Source: an uncultured Desulfospira sp.
Lineage (GTDB): Bacteria; Desulfobacterota; Desulfobacteria; Desulfobacterales; Desulfobacteraceae
Assembly: GCA_963663165.1 (NCBI GenBank)
Contig: OY760175.1
Coordinates: 1,184,001-1,248,000, forward strand
Direction of reading: 5' to 3'
DNA: 64,000 nt
Both the position numbers and the translations under genes were made by a program. Of the stretch, positions 40,888 to 53,700 are shown in pieces. Under the pieces are notes generated by a model, which saw nothing but the letters and a program-made list of their open reading frames with translations, was not told the origin of the DNA and made no database searches. Position 1 is the stretch's first letter. Every line of letters begins with the position of its first letter.

Positions 40888-41028
40888 ATGAATAAACTAT
40901 ACAAAAAAATTTTTTATTTAATATCTGTGTTATTAATATCGGTGATACTATTTTACATTGGTTTTGAAATGATTCTGATTGTCATTACCTCGATAGTGGT
41001 TTTATATTTTTTGATGAAGAAAGTATGA
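40888..41028 (+). CDS. Putative small membrane immunity protein (46 aa)
   Basis: Hand-translated MNKLYKKIFYLISVLL...; AT-rich, directly after the toxin tip. Confidence 0.5.
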   Translation: MNKLYKKIFYLISVLLISVILFYIGFEMILIVITSIVVLYFLMKKV

Positions 41029-41227
41029 TATTGATCGGGGTATGATAGGGTGGTGTAAACGATTTCGGGGGGATAATTGGGGTCAGGTAACGATTCACTC
41101 CCCTTTAGTAAAAGGAGTGGCTTCGAACTATGATCGGGCCATAATAACTAATTGAAATAAGGAGCAAAACGTTTTAAAACCGCCCCTCAGAATATGCCTA
41201 AAATGCATTTTTGAGGGGCGTCTTTAT

Positions 41228-41360
41228 CGTGGGTCGGACCCAGCCAACCACCTGAAATAAAACAAATACCCTCCCAAAACACCCTCCAAAACTGCCTTAG
41301 GCTGGTGGTTTTGGGGCCAAAAATAACGGTTTAAGAAAAATAAGGAACCGTCTCCCGTGC
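41228..41360 (+). repeat. Diverged homolog of the 133-bp inter-cassette element
   Basis: Shares gggtcgg..cagc.aacc, aaaac.gcctta, ttttggggcc.aaaa and ggtttaa blocks in the same order. Confidence 0.55.
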
Positions 41361-41438
41361 TCAGGCTCCAGCCCGGCAAACTGCCGCCGGGCTTCCGCTT
41401 CCTGCGCCGGGAGCCGACCTTAATTCCGGGGACACGAA

Positions 41439-41571
41439 CGGTTTGGGGTCGGGCCACAGCAACCCATTGTAATATCTATAAAAGAGCTAAAAATATACCC
41501 CTAAAACGGCCTTAATCGACTCTTTTGGGGGCCGAAAACATGGGTTTAATTTTACTCTGACCCTATTTTTA
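41439..41571 (+). repeat. 133-bp inter-cassette element, copy A
   Basis: cggtttggggtcgggccacagc...tttaattttactctgaccctattttta; identical by eye to copies C and D. Confidence 0.92.
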
Positions 41572-41631
41572 GCTATAAACCCGGCGGAACCTGGGGAACT
41601 GATCCGTTGTTCATGAAAGTTGGGCCTGAGT

Positions 41632-43096
41632 CAATGTCATAAAGTTAAGGATATATACATAAAATCTTTATAAATACAGTGCATTATGCTATATTTAACC
41701 TTAATAATAACCTTAAATATTTCTTGTGAAAGGAGAATAAAATGCCTGAAAAATTCAACCAATCTGGCATGGAACCTGCTTTCCAAAATATGTGCCGAGT
41801 TAATCGACTATCTTAAAAATATTCTGTATTCCCCGGAATTTATCGCCAGACATAAAAAAAACGAGAAAGATTTCACGCGCAAACGAACGCTCACTTTCCA
41901 GACACTTTTTTTGTATTTCATAAACTTCATTAAGGGCTCATATCAAGACGAGCTTGATCATTACTTCAAGGCTTTGTTTCGACTGGATGTTCCAATAAAA
42001 ATCGTTTCAAAAATGGCTTTATCTCTGGCTCGAAAAAAACTTGAATATGACGCCTTCCTTGAGTTTAATCACCATCTACTCGAGTTTTTCTATAATCGCT
42101 TTCGAAACATGAAAACCTGGAGAGGCTTTAATCTTCTTGCTATCGACGGTAGTACGCTAAAATTGTTCAAGTACAAAGAAGTCAGGGAACATTTCGGCGT
42201 GTTGAAACCCAATAAAGGCCCTGCTTGTGTAATGGCACGGGTTTCTCAAATGTTCGATGTGCTGAATAAGGTTACAATTGATGCCATTATCAGCCCTTTT
42301 AAAGTCGGAGAACGAGAGCTGTTTCATAATCATATGCTCAATCTACTCCCGAATGATTTGCTTTTATTAGATCGTGGCTATCCGGCCTATTGGATTTTTA
42401 ATTTGATTATGTCTTTGGATAGCAATTTTTGCGCAAGAATTTCAAAACAATGGAAAATCGTTCAAAATTTCATTGAATCGGGTGCCCAGGAAGCCATAAT
42501 TGATCTTCATGCTTCGTACCAATCAAAAAAAGAATGTGAAGAAATGGGTCTTGACGCCTCTCCCTTGTGTTTGCGCCTTATACGAGTTGAACTCGAAAGC
42601 GGTGAAATCGAAGTTCTCATCACATCACTGATCGATGAACAAAAATTCCCTTATGACATTTTTATGGACTTATATCATAAACGCTGGCCGGTGGAAGTTG
42701 ATTATCTTTTCATGAAACAACGCATTGAAATCGGAAATTTTTCCGGCACAACGGTATTGTCTGTCTATCAAGATTTCCATTCAAAAGTCCTGGCAAAAAA
42801 TCTTACGTGGGTACTGGCCTCCCCAGCTCAGGAGACAGTTGAAAAGGAGGACCATGAGAAAAAGTATGAATATCAGCTGAATATGACACAGGCAATTTCA
42901 AAATCTAAAGACACACTTTTTTTGCTTTTTGAAAGACCGCGTGAAATTATCGTACAGTTGATTAAAGACCTTCATGCTCTTTTCATGGCTGCAACAGAAC
43001 CAATTAGGCCCGGGCGTAAATTCAAAAGAAAACATAAGATCAACAAGCGAGAGCATTACATGAATAATAAGCCTTGTCGTTAACTTTATGACATTG
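41632..43096 (+). mobile_element. IS4-family insertion sequence
   Basis: Perfect 16-bp TIR caatgtcataaagtta; 10-bp TSD gggcctgagt. Confidence 0.95.
41686..43083 (+). CDS. IS4-family transposase
   Basis: FTRKR.L, LAIDGS, LLDRGY, YHKRWPVE (YREK-like) motifs; true start uncertain. Confidence 0.9.
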   Translation: MLYLTLIITLNISCERRIKCLKNSTNLAWNLLSKICAELIDYLKNILYSPEFIARHKKNEKDFTRKRTLTFQTLFLYFINFIKGSYQDELDHYFKALFRLDVPIKIVSKMALSLARKKLEYDAFLEFNHHLLEFFYNRFRNMKTWRGFNLLAIDGSTLKLFKYKEVREHFGVLKPNKGPACVMARVSQMFDVLNKVTIDAIISPFKVGERELFHNHMLNLLPNDLLLLDRGYPAYWIFNLIMSLDSNFCARISKQWKIVQNFIESGAQEAIIDLHASYQSKKECEEMGLDASPLCLRLIRVELESGEIEVLITSLIDEQKFPYDIFMDLYHKRWPVEVDYLFMKQRIEIGNFSGTTVLSVYQDFHSKVLAKNLTWVLASPAQETVEKEDHEKKYEYQLNMTQAISKSKDTLFLLFERPREIIVQLIKDLHALFMAATEPIRPGRKFKRKHKINKREHYMNNKPCR

Positions 43097-43299
43097 GGGC
43101 CTGAGTACTATTTTTATCACAACGATCACTTAGGCACCCCTCAAAAAATGACGGCTGTCAATGGAGCTGTGGTTTGGTCGGCTACGTACAGTTCGTTTGG
43201 CAAAGCTGAGGTTGATACTGCATCTACGGTTGAAAATAATTTGCGGTTCCCGGGACAGTATTTTGATGCTGAGACTAAACTGCACTATAATCACGTGGC

Positions 43300-43429
43300 T
43301 TGGGGTCGGGCCGCAGCAACCTGTTGTATTATTAGGAAAAGAGCTAAGAATATGCCCCTAAAACGGCCTTAATCGACCCTTTTGGGGGCCGAAAACATGG
43401 GTTTAATTTTGCTCTGACCTTATTTTTAC
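43300..43429 (+). repeat. 133-bp inter-cassette element, copy B (diverged)
   Basis: ttggggtcgggccgcagcaacc...tttaattttgctctgaccttattttta. Confidence 0.88.
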
Positions 43430-46400
43430 AGGATATTGAGATAACCGGCCGGGCCGTGGACCGCAGCGACGGCCAGCCTCTTGCGCAAGTCCCCCTGATC
43501 CTGGTGATTACCTTTGACGGATTTGAAAGAAGCGACCAAATCTATACCGGCAGTGACGGCAGTTTTACCTATGCCTTTGGCCCCACCCCGGGCCAATACG
43601 GAGAGTATAAAGCCTGCGCCATCCATCCGGATCTGATGGACCGTCCGGTCCAGGGAAGATTTACCATTGCACAAACCGTTAAAGACCGGATCGGGTTTGC
43701 CCCGGCAAGTGCTGAACTCACCACCTGCCTGCGGTATGAACGGCAAATCGAAGTCACCGTCACCGCAGGCAGTGAGGCATCGGCAACCAACCTCGGGTTT
43801 GTCTATGAGGCATCCGACCAGGAAGAAGAGACCCCGGCCCAGGGTATTCATGTGGATACCGGCGACCCAGTTGCAGAACTTGGTCCCGGAGAAACCCAGA
43901 CCATCACCATCACCCTGTGGGCCGATAATACGGCCGAAGAAAACACCACCATAACCCTCAGGCTGGTCAGCGACGAGGCCCCTGATACCGGCTGGGGAGA
44001 ATTGCCCATCCGTATCCAAACCACGGACACAGGCCCGGTGGTAACCAGTGAGCCTAACCGCATAGAAACCGGCCTTGCCCTGGACCAGAGTGTTACAGAA
44101 ACCCTCACCCTCAAAAACATTGGGTTCGCCCCCCTGGTTGATCCTGCGGTGTCTCTGGTAAACCGTGACGGCACCCCGGCCCCGGGCTGGGTGTTGTTGA
44201 ACCTGCCATCGGACATGGATGCCATTGAGGTCGGGGAAAGCGTAGATGCCACGGTGCTATTTTCTCCCACCCAGGCTGAAGTATCAGAAGGAGAGTATTA
44301 TTTTTACATTCAGGTGCAAGGCGCCAATTATGCGGCCGTGAACATCCCTGTCCATGCGGTGGTGACAAGTTCCGGCACGGGCCATATCCTGTTCAAGGTA
44401 TCGGATATCTACACCGGCACCATTGATGAAAAAACCGGCAAGATGATCCAGGGGCTGCCCGGAGCCGCGTTGACCCTGCAAAATGAGAGTGCCGCAAGCA
44501 TCACCTACAGCGGTGGTACAGACCAATACGGGGAGCTGCTCTTATCCGACATCCCCGCAGGCCGGTACAAGTATATCTTAAAAGCAGACGACCATGAGCA
44601 GTCCATTGGCCGGGTCTGGATCAAGCCGGGCATTACAGCCACCCAGGATGTTTTTTTAAACAACACCCTGGTCACCGTGGAGTGGTCAGTGGTTGAGACC
44701 GGTATCCAGGACCAGTATGAGATCGTATTAAAGGCTACCTATGAGACCAATGTCCCGGCACCGGTGGTGGTGGCCGATCCCCTGTCCGTCTCCCTTGCGG
44801 GCATGTCACCCGGCGATGTCCTGTCCGGAGAAATCCGGTTCACCAATTATGGGCTGATCCGGGCAGACAACATTGAATTTGCGGCCCCTTCGTCTGACCA
44901 ATATTTTAAATACGAGTTTTTGAACATCCCTGAGACCATAGAAGCCAAAGAATCGGTCAATGTGGCTTATCGTGTAACCTGCCTGTCAAGCCTGACCGGT
45001 GAGGACGAGGGCAACGGCGGAGGGACCGGCGGCTATTCGAAATCCGGCAAAATGAGTTACTGGGCCAAGTGTTACTCCGGGTCTGCATCAATTCATTTTC
45101 ATGTCCCGGGCGAAACCGGCATCGGTGGTGAGGGCAGTGAATATACCGGCTTGTCAGGCGGATCAGACTTCAGCCATTCGAGTACCATAGCCCACGGTGT
45201 AATGTGCTGGCCGAATATCGTCCGGAAAGAATCTTCAGATAACACAGGTGGATCTTCGGCAAACAAGCAGACCGGAATACAGAACATGCAACCCGCCGCA
45301 GAAACAGACCAAAAGCAATGCACCCTCTCTTCAGTGAATATGCTGTACCGGGAATATAATCGAAACAAAACCGACATCCGGGTCAAGGTACCCGGCGGCT
45401 TGGTTCGTTTATACCGGCAGTATTACAACAATCAGTGGCACTGGAATTATCTTGACGGCAATTTAACTGTTGTTCCAAGTTCCGGAACCGGGGGGATTGA
45501 TTCCATTGAAAAAAATGATGTTATTTACGAGCCCGCCGCCACATCAACCGGCAATCAAATTTTTGTCCATGAAAATTATAAAATCATTGCCGACGAAGAC
45601 GGCTATACCTGGAAGACCCCCTATGGTGACTGGAAAAAATTTGACCTGAACGGCCGGATGGTATCCCACGGCGGCCGGGCAGGCCAGGTCGCCCAACTCA
45701 TTTATGAAGATGAAGAAACCGGCAAACTTACAGGCATTGCCGATAAAAACCTGCGTCAGATATTCTGGTTTGAGTACGACGGGGAAGGGAACTTGTCGGC
45801 AGTGGAAGACCTTAAAGGTCGGCGGGTGGCGTATACCTATGAAAACAAACTGCTGACAGGGGTTCTGGATCTTCAGGAAGGTACCACCAGCTATGAATAT
45901 GACAGCGAAAACCGGATTATAAAGACAACCACACCAGATGGGCATTACTCAACCGTAGAGTACGACGAATACGGCAACGCAACCCAATCCCTGGATGAAA
46001 ACAGCAACGGATACGATTTTGAATACACCTATGATGAATCCACGGGCCTGTTTTACGCCATGACCACTTCTCCTGCAGGACAGGTTAAGGAAGCCTGGTA
46101 TGACCTTAACGGGTACACCCGCAGGGTCGATATCAACGGCCGGACGGTCAAGACCATTGATGTATCACAAAGAACCTTTGCCGTGACCGATGAGAACGGC
46201 AATGTAACACTGGAAGAGTATGATGAATGGGAAAACTTAACCCGGATGGTTTACCCGGACGGCAGTGAGGTGACTTACGAATACGAGCGGACCTATAACC
46301 AACCGGTCCGCATGGTAAATGAAAACGGTGTGGCCACCCTTTTTGAATATGACGACAACGGCAACCTGACCCAGAAGACAGAAGCGGCCGGAACCGATGA

Positions 46401-49044
46401 TGAACGCATCACCCAATACACCTATGATGAAGACGGCAATACCCTGACCATCACCATTTTGGCTGATGCCGTCACAAGTGTATCTCAAACCGTGATGACC
46501 TATGATGGCAACGGCAACCTTGAAACCCTTACCGACCCGGCAGGCGGAATTACCAGGTTCACCGATTATGACATTACAGGCAGGCTCCTTACAAAAATCG
46601 ACGCCAGGGGCAAAACCTGGGGCTACACCTACGACAACAAGAGCAACCTTAAAACCGCCACCGATCCTTTGGGCAACACCACTGAATATGAATACGACAA
46701 GGCCGGCAACCGGACCCGAATGGTGGATGCCCTGGGCCACCAGACCCTGTTTGAATATGATCTCCACAACAACCTTGTCCTGCAAATTGACCACGAGGGC
46801 AATGAAACCCGGTTTGAATATGATGCCGGCAATAATCTGATCCGAAAGACCGATCCCGAAGGATCAGCCACCCAAAACACCTATGACACCGAAGGACGTA
46901 TGGTGAGTACGGTTGACGGCCATGGGGATGAGACCATTTTCGAATACGATGACATTGATTCTGGCTGCTCATCCTGCAACGGGTCCCGGGGCCTTCCCTC
47001 CAGAGTCATCTATCCCACGTTTACAAAAACATTCACCTATGACAGACGAAACCGGAAAACCGCAGAGACAGACCATCTGAACGACACCACCGAAACCACC
47101 ACCCTGTTTGAATATGACAGCATCGGCAACCTCGCCGCTAAAACCGACAAAGAGGGAAGAACCACCGTATACATCTATGACGCCCTGAACCGGGTCACAA
47201 AAGTAATAGATTCGGCCAACAGTGAAACCATCTATGAATATGACAACCGGGACAACTTGATATCCTTGACTGACGCTGAAAACCAGACCACGTTATTTGA
47301 GTATGACGCAGCCAACCGGCTGGTAAAGGAGACCCGTCCCCTGGGCAATGAGACCATCTACACCTATGACGACGCCGGCAACCTGACCGAAAAGACCGAC
47401 GCCAAAAATCAGAAAACCGAATATAACTATGACGATGCCGGCAGGCTAAATGAGATCCGTTACTTTGCATCTTCAACCGACACGGTTCCTGCCAAAACCG
47501 TAACCTTCTCCCACGACAAAACCGGCAACCTGACCGGCTACAACGACGGGACCACCTCAGCGGCCTACATCTACAACACCTTAAACCAAAAGACCAAAGA
47601 GACCGTGAACTACGGGGTATTCTCCCTTGAAACCGGCACAACCTATTACGGCAACGGCCTGAAAAAGAGCCAGACCGGGCCGGACGGCACCACCTACGGA
47701 TACCTGTACGACACCAACAATCAACTTTCTGCTGTACAGGTCCCCAATGCCGGGTATATAACTGTCGGGGAATACCAGTGGAACCGGCCCAAGTCTTTGC
47801 TGTTCCCCGGTGGCAGCCAAAGGACCGTTGAATACGACCCTCTCATGCGCATCAAGCAGATCACGGCCCGGGACCAGGCAGACAATCAAAACTTAAGCTT
47901 GGCTTATGAGTACGACAAAATGGACAACATAACCGCCAAAGCCACGGAACACGGCTCTTATGCTTATGAATACGATGCACTGTACCGGTTAACCCAGACG
48001 GACAACCCGGTCCAGGATGACGAGGCCTTTACCTATGACAACGTGGGCAACCGGCTGACATCTGCAGATACTTCCGCACAGTGGGCCTACAACCAGAACA
48101 ACGAACTGGCCGGTTACGACGATGTAACCTTTACCCATGACGCCAACGGCAACATCATCGAGAAGAACAATAACGGTACCATCACCCGCTTTTACTACAA
48201 TATCGAAAACCGCCTGGAGCGTGTAGAAAGCGAATCCGGAACAGTAATTGCCGAATACTACTATGACCCCTTTGGCCGCCGTCTCTGGAAAGACGTATCC
48301 GGAACCCGAACCTGCTACCACTACACCGACGAGGGCCTGGCAGGCGAATACAATGCCGCAGGCAACACGAAAAAGACCTACGGCTACAAACCCGGCGGAA
48401 CCTGGGGAACTGATCCGTTGTTCATGAAGGTTGGGTCCGAGTATTATTTTTACCACAATGACCACTTAGGCACCCCTCAAAAAATGACGGCTGTCAATGG
48501 GGTTGTTGTTTGGTCGGCTAGGCACAGTTCGTTTGGCAAAGCTGAGGTTGATTCTGTATCTACGGTTGAAAATAATTTACGGTTCCCGGGACAGTATTGG
48601 GATGCGGAGATGGGGCTGAATTATAACTGGCATCGGTATTATGATTTGCACACCGGACGATATATCACTGCTGATCCGATTGGGCTTGACGGCGGGATTA
48701 ATTATTATTTTTATGCGAAACAAAATCCAATCACTTTTGTTGACTCATTGGGCTTAGTATGTGGATCAGGCTGGAATGATCCGATAGTCCCTGATGAATG
48801 GTTTCTTTTTGATTTTACTGATGCATGCCAAAAACATGATGATTGCTATGGAAATTGCAAAGGCCCTAAGAAGGAAGTCTGTGATCGTAATTTTTTAAAC
48901 GACATGTTAAGCAAATGCCAAAAAGAAGGAATGTTCCAACTAGTTCTAGATTGTAAAATAAAAGCATATATCTATTATAAATTCGTTGATTGGTTTGGAG
49001 GCGGTCCATTCGATGATTCTAGGAAAAACTGTTGTAACCCATAA
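43430..49044 (+). pseudogene. Orphan RHS module 2, N-terminally truncated copy with phospholipase A2-like tip
   Basis: Homology to the main gene starts abruptly after repeat B; open from GTG 43456; tip CGSG...FTDACQKHDDCY..C..CD..F..M..C. Confidence 0.85.
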
Positions 49045-49049
49045 AATTA

Positions 49050-49514
49050 ATGATATCTAAGATGACTTTTTCTTCTACTAAATTATTATATAATTTTATG
49101 CCTATTATCATAGGTATGATAACACCATCAACCCTTCTTTTTTTTGTTCAAATTTCTATCGGTGATTATCAAATATTTCAGGCTGTTCAGGATATATGCC
49201 ACAAACAATTCGCATCTGGGTATAATTACCTTTTGCTGACTGTTATCGGTTTGTTTCCCTTTGTGATTTTAAGCATAATACTGAGTAGAAGAATAGAGAA
49301 CAAAGAGTTAATCAATACAGATGATTGGATTTTTTGCTTGGTAGGAATATTTGGAATTTTAATTTTAATGATACCTAGCCATCTGATTGTTTGGGTTCCT
49401 ATATATAGAGCAACAAGAGCGTCCTCTACATCAGTAATAGCCTTTTTTTTTGTACCATTCTATAGCCTTCTTTCTATGCTCATAACTATATTCATATTTA
49501 AAAAAATCAGATGA
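49050..49514 (+). CDS. Putative membrane immunity protein for module 2
   Basis: 154 aa, about four hydrophobic segments, AT-rich, 5 nt after the toxin stop. Confidence 0.7.
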   Translation: MISKMTFSSTKLLYNFMPIIIGMITPSTLLFFVQISIGDYQIFQAVQDICHKQFASGYNYLLLTVIGLFPFVILSIILSRRIENKELINTDDWIFCLVGIFGILILMIPSHLIVWVPIYRATRASSTSVIAFFFVPFYSLLSMLITIFIFKKIR

Positions 49515-49611
49515 TCGGGCAGATAGTTCGTTGATTTGAAAGAGGACCGTGGGTCGGGCCGCAGTAACCAATTGCTGTTTGGGGGTCGGGCCGAAAGCGC
49601 CGATGATAATT

Positions 49612-49631
49612 GGGGTCAGAGTAAAATTAAA
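49612..49631 (+). repeat. GGGGTCAGAGTAAAATTAAA motif (inverse of the 3' end of the 133-bp element)
   Basis: Exact match to 58220-58239; follows an immunity gene. Confidence 0.85.
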
Positions 49632-49702
49632 TTGTCTGACAATTCAATGCACCTCACCTTTCCGGTACTCTCTTGACGGTTGTCCCCCCAAGAGAGTACA
49701 TT

Positions 49703-50713
49703 TTAATTTCCGATAGATTTCATCAATTCAGGAATTGATTTGGCGGAAATGATTTTACCTTTCAAAGCTTTAAGACGATTGATGTCCTGGATAGTCTTGA
49801 TTTTTGTTATAATCGTTTTGCAGTCATCGCAGTCGCCAAACTTAATGCTGACAGCCAATTCAATGCCTTCGATAAGCCCTTGCTCAAGCCCTTGCTCAAG
49901 CCCTTGCTCTCGCCCCTGTTTAAGCCACTTTTCCCGGCCTTCGTTTCTTAATTTTTCAGCCAAAGTCATGATAAAGTCTCCTTTTTCTTCAGACAACGTA
50001 TTTGATACGATAGCATGGAACTTTTTTGTTGTAATATCCTCAACGTTGCTGAATAAATATCTTATCAGAGATTCAAAATATTGCAATCCGGTTTCCTGCT
50101 CGGAAAGATCTTTTAACAACATAAAAATATCGGGCAATTTACTGACCAAATCCGGGTCAAAAATATGCTTGAACAAGAGCATGGTTACCCGGGCCATGAT
50201 GGTTCCCCTGATCTGGTCGTCAGTATATTGGGACAAATCATACAGGATGAACTCAAAATCAGGGATATAGGCTGCCAATTCATCCACCGGTCCCTCAAAA
50301 AGAGATGCAAAGCGGTTTGTCCACCCGCCATTTACCTTTGCCGTGGTATAAAACAAGAGGGATAACAATAGGCAACTTTTTATTTTTGGACTGTTTGAGC
50401 CCAAGACGCCAGATTTTGGCCATATACTCAAAAAGCTGAATGTGAATCAGGCTGTCCAGATAGCTTTTATGCTCAAAAAGAAAGTATACAAACCCTTGAG
50501 AATTCCCGATCCTGACTTTATAGAGCATGTCAGAATAAAAATCTTTCAGGTCCTTGTCAACAAATGAGTCTTTGCAAATCTCAAGGGTATCCAGCCGGAC
50601 AAGATCAATGACAGCCCGGGCAGATAATTTTCCAAAAAGGATCTGGCATTGTTCAGATTGCTCCAGGTATCACGAAACAGCTTGTCATGAGTACGATTCA
50701 ATTTCTTTTTCAT
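49703..50713 (-). pseudogene. Rpn/YhgA-like recombination-promoting nuclease, two frameshifts
   Basis: HDKLFR, SFVDKDL..FYSDMLY, FEHKSY, LPIVIPLVLYHG, MTLAEKL..EG..QGLEQG spread over three frames. Confidence 0.88.
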
Positions 50714-50781
50714 ACCGGCATTTGTACCATGGCGACCCGGCGGCCGCAAGATTTTATCCGGCACCCTGCACCGCTAATACT

Positions 50782-53700
50782 GCCGTGGACCCGGCCGGCA
50801 ACGAATCCGCCCCATCCGAGCCCGCTTACCTTGATTTTGAGCTGCTGCCCGTACAAACCCTGACAGTAACAAGATCCGGTCAAGATGACCCTGTAATCGC
50901 CTGGACCCATACCGGCTCCAGCATCACCGGGTATGACATTTACCTTGGCCCTTCGGATAACCTTGTAAAGCTGAACAGCGAACGGCTGACCCAGTCCTCT
51001 TTTACGGATACCGGGTATGACGGCAGTGAAAGACAGTATACGGTTGTGGCCGTGAACCATAACAATGTGCCGTCCCTGGGCCGCAGCATTGTCCTGCCCG
51101 TTCTGAGCATGGATCTGCCCGGGGATGCCGTTCTCAAACGCGGGTTGATGAACCGCCTTGAATACACCGTGGCCAACAGCGGAACCAGTGCCGTGGACAG
51201 AGCGGTTTTAAAGGTAACGGCCCAGGGCCGGGAACATGTCTCACAAACCTTTGGCATTGACCCGGGTGCATCCCAGACCATACCCGTGGTGATCGGCGGG
51301 TACAGCGACCTGCCGGACATGGTATCCCTGGCCTCTGCCATAGAGATCTCCCCCAATGACAGAGAAACCGTCCGCATCGAAAACCAGGCCGAGATTGAGG
51401 CCGGCACCGGCATGCTCCTTCTCACCTTTACCAATGACGAACTTGTTCGGGGCACCCAGGGTGAGATTGTTTTCACCCTGGAGAACACCGGGGATGAACA
51501 GATCGAAATAATTACAGCCCAGTCCAATGGCCGCCCGTCTGCCGACATTACCCTTTACCTCAGCGATAAAGACGGCAATGTCCTTTCCACAGGCACTTAC
51601 ACCCAGGTTTACGGCAGCAACGTGGTCAACCTGTACAACGGCGGCACCATTGCGCGAATCAACCCCGGTGAGACTTTTGAATCCCAGCCCATGGCCATTG
51701 CCGTGCCTTCAGGGGCTTGCGATGACCTTGTGCTGACCCTTAGATCAGCAATATCTATTACGCCTTGGGAGAACCCGAACAGGTCACCATGGCGGGGGGT
51801 AGCACCAGCCGGGACATCACGTTGATGGATACAGCCTATTACGGAGAGATCCTGACCATCAATCCTGAAGAGTCCAACGGCACCCGGGATATAGAAATCA
51901 TCGGCCGGGCCGTGGACCGCAGCGACGGCCAACCTCTTGCGGAAGTCCCCCTTATCCTGGTGATTACCTTTGACGGATTTGAACGAAGCGATGAGGTCTA
52001 TACCGGCAGTGACGGCAGTTTTACCTATGCCTTTGAACCCACCCCGGGCCAATACGGGGAGTATAAAGTCTGCGCCATCCATCCGGACCTGATGGACCGT
52101 CCGGTCCAGGGTAGATTTACCATTGCGCAAACCGTTAAAGACCGAATCGGATTTTCCCCGGCAAGTTATCAGCTCACCACCTGCCTGCGGTACGAACGGC
52201 AAATTGAAATCACCGTAACCGCAGGCAGTGAGGCATCGGCAACCAACCTCGGGTTTGTCTATGAGGCATCCGACCAGGAAGAAGAGACCCTGCCCCAGGG
52301 CATTCATGTGGATACGGGTGATCCGGTTGCCGAACTTGGTCCCGGAGAGACCCAGACCATCACCATCACCCTGTGGGCCAATAATACGGCCGAAGAAAAC
52401 ACCACCATAACCCTCAGGCTGGTCAGCGACGAGGCCCCTGATACCGGCTGGGGAGAACTGCCCATCCGGATCCAAACCACGGACACAGGCCCGGTGGTAA
52501 CCAGTGAGCCCAACCGCATAGAAACCGGCCTTTCCCTGGACCAAAGCATTACAGAAACCCTCACCCTCAAGAACATGGGGTTCGCCCCCCTGGTTGATCC
52601 TGCCGTGTCCTTGGTAAACCGTGACGGCACCCCGGCCCCGGGCTGGGTTTTGCTGAACCTGCCGTCGGACATGGATGCCATTGAGGTCGGGGAAAGCGTG
52701 GATGCCACGGTGCTATTTTCTCCCACCCAGGCTGAAGTATCAGAAGGAGAGTATTATTTTTACATTCAGGTGCAAGGCGCCAATTATGCGGCCGTGAACA
52801 TCCCTGTCCATGCGGTGGTGACAAGTTCCGGCACGGGCCATATCCTGTTCAAGGTATCGGATATCTACACCGGCACCATTGATGAAAAAACCGGCAAGAT
52901 GATCCAGGGGCTGCCCGGAGCCGCGTTGACCCTGCAAAATGAGAGTGCCGCAAGCATCACCTACAGCGGTGGTACAGACCAATACGGGGAGCTGCTCTTA
53001 TCCGACATCCCCGCAGGCCGGTACAAGTATATCTTAAAAGCAGACGACCATGAGCAGTCCATTGGCCGGGTCTGGATCAAGCCGGGCATTACAGCCACCC
53101 AGGATGTTTTTTTAAACAACACCCTGGTCACCGTGGAGTGGTCAGTGGTTGAGACCGGTATCCAGGACCAGTATGAGATCGTATTAAAGGCTACCTATGA
53201 GACCAATGTCCCGGCACCGGTGGTGGTGGCCGATCCCCTGTCCGTCTCCCTTGCGGGCATGTCACCCGGCGATGTCCTGTCCGGAGAAATCCGGTTCACC
53301 AATTATGGGCTGATCCGGGCGGACAATATTGAATTTGCGGCCCCTTCGTCTGACCAATATTTTAAATACGAGTTTTTAGACATCCCTGCCACCATAGAAG
53401 CCAAAGAATCTGTCAATGTGGCTTATCGCGTAACCTGTCTGTCAAGCCTGACCGGTGAGGATGAGGGCAACGGCGGGGGGGCCGGAAGCTATTCGAAATC
53501 GGGTAAAATGAGTTACTCTGCCAAGTGTTACTCCGGGTCTATATCAGTTAATTTCAATGTCCCGGGAACCGGCAGCGGTGGTGACTGGACAATGCCTTGG
53601 GGATCGGCGAGCAGCACAGGCTTTGGCCGTTCCAGCGAAATTCCCGAAGGGGTGAAATGCTGGCCAGGTTATGACCGTGAAGAACCATCCTTTCTTAACG

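Larger units (their letters stand above)
41572..43291 (+). pseudogene. RHS core fragment interrupted by IS4 and lacking a toxin tip
   Basis: YKPGGTWGTDPLFMKVGPE before the IS, YYFYHNDHLGTP...LHYN after it; stops at repeat copy B. Confidence 0.85.
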
